Shown here: positions 58,032 to 59,055 of the stretch, piece after piece | Numbering within the stretch: position 1 is the stretch's first letter | Layout: every line of letters starts with the position of its first letter | Virus record (IMG/VR): IMGVR_UViG_3300037961_006162 | Location: 1-59,055 of that record | From: a virus | Lineage: Duplodnaviria > Caudoviricetes | Length of the DNA: 59,055 nucleotides | Strand: one strand, 5' to 3' | The notes under the pieces: generated by a model | Database searches by the model: none | Told to the model about the DNA's origin: nothing | Seen by the model: only the letters and a program-made list of their open reading frames with translations | Made by a program: the position numbers and the translations under genes

Positions 58032-58367
58032 TTATTTATGTTTGGGATTAAATTCACCTTCTGGAAAAGGTTGTGATTTGGTTAGGTCGCGACGAGATTG
58101 ATTCTTAATGATGATGAATGCATCTTTGTTATATTTGCGAGTACCTAAAGGTGATTGCCACTTCTTGTTATACTCTTCACCCACATCAATACCAGAAACA
58201 GATGTTCCACCAATTTCAATTTCAACATCATCATAACAATCCCAACCCAGTGTTGCAATTGTATCTGACAATTTGCTAGAAACAGTCTTCATAACTGCTG
58301 CTGCTTTTCTATTTCTTGCAATGGTTTCGTCCATAACATTTTCATCTGGATCTAGTTTCCCAATCAT
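58032..58367 (-). CDS. Hypothetical protein
   Basis: Start set at MIGKLD, downstream of the terminator. Confidence 0.65.
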   Translation of the reverse strand: MIGKLDPDENVMDETIARNRKAAAVMKTVSSKLSDTIATLGWDCYDDVEIEIGGTSVSGIDVGEEYNKKWQSPLGTRKYNKDAFIIIKNQSRRDLTKSQPFPEGEFNPKHK

Positions 58368-58393
58368 AAAAAAAGAGGGCAATTAACCCCCTT
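58368..58393 (-). terminator. Rho-independent terminator after the psbD unit
   Basis: AGGGGGT-TAATT-GCCCTCT followed by a T run. Confidence 0.6.
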
Positions 58394-58399
58394 AGTGTA

Positions 58400-58618
58400 T
58401 CACAAATCATCTTCGCTGTAAAGTTCTTCTAGTCGTTCTCTAGAAAGATCAACGTACATAACTTCATCACCAGGTGCAGGTGCTTCTGGATGACGTGGTT
58501 TAGGTGGTTCATCCATCATTTTATTGATGTCACGAATATTAGACCACATCAGAGCGAAGGCTCCCCCCGCAATAAGGGAGAAGCACACACCCCATACAAA
58601 AGCAAGATAATGGTTCAC
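58400..58618 (-). CDS. DUF2973-like small membrane protein
   Basis: TM helix, AFALMW, RHPE motif; ATGA overlap with the psbD stop. Confidence 0.55.
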   Translation of the reverse strand: MNHYLAFVWGVCFSLIAGGAFALMWSNIRDINKMMDEPPKPRHPEAPAPGDEVMYVDLSRERLEELYSEDDL

Positions 58619-59055
58619 AGTGCATTACCGCGTGGAAGAACTTCCTCAGGGAATACAAAATTTTCATGTGGTTGGTCAACAGTTGCCATCCAATTACGAA
58701 GACCTTCATTCAAGAGAATATTCTTGGTGTAGAAGGTTTCAAACTCTGGATCTTCTGCTGCCCTCAGTTCTTGTGAAACAAAGTCATAAGCACGAAGGTT
58801 GAGAGCAAGACCAATAATACCGATGGAACTTGTCCAAAGACCCATAACAGGAACAAACAACATAAAGAAATGAAGCCACCTCTTATTACTAAACGCAATA
58901 CCGAAGATCTGAGACCAGAAACGGTTTGCAGTAACCATTGAGTAAGTTTCTTCTTCTTGTGTTGAATCAAATGCTTTGAATGTATTTGCTTGTTCACCAT
59001 CTTGATACAAGGTGTTCTCTACTGTAACACCATGAATCGCAGAAAGCAATGCTCC
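58615..59055 (-). CDS. psbD: Photosystem II D2 protein, 3' part (runs off the window edge)
   Basis: AIHG.TVENT...[20 protein letters not shown]...[10 protein letters not shown]. Confidence 0.97.
   Translation of the reverse strand, partial: GALLSAIHGVTVENTLYQDGEQANTFKAFDSTQEEETYSMVTANRFWSQIFGIAFSNKRWLHFFMLFVPVMGLWTSSIGIIGLALNLRAYDFVSQELRAAEDPEFETFYTKNILLNEGLRNWMATVDQPHENFVFPEEVLPRGNAL

Noticed and set aside
52770-59055. Introns, inteins or homing endonucleases in thyX or psbD (and in tRNA-Leu)
   Set aside because: The visible parts are uninterrupted and of normal length.

Overview
This window comes from a T4-like marine cyanomyovirus infecting Synechococcus or Prochlorococcus. The evidence is psbD, cp12, phoH, thyX, gp32, gp59, gp33 and the T4-type baseplate genes. 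Almost all genes are on the minus strand. 1-26.6 kb is a variable fibre/receptor-binding region driven by ATAAATA late promoters, with two intact S8 subtilases alternating with fibre-like genes, three LamG lectins, Gly-rich adhesin-like proteins and a split Ig-domain gene. 26.7-27.9 kb is a small sigma70-driven island with tRNA-Thr(UGU) and tRNA-Leu(UAA). 27.9-48.9 kb holds baseplate, spike and hub genes with cp12 embedded. 48.9-59 kb holds replication, transcription and metabolic genes, ending in the 3' part of psbD. The most striking element is at 53971-54777, a self-contained unit read from the sequence: NtcA-type box, near-consensus sigma70 promoter, two tandem glutamine-riboswitch-like aptamers that each carry a whole small ORF inside the P2 loop, a DUF4278-like ORF, a 30-aa membrane peptide and a terminator. 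Family assignments rest on motif recognition and synteny only; no searches were run.
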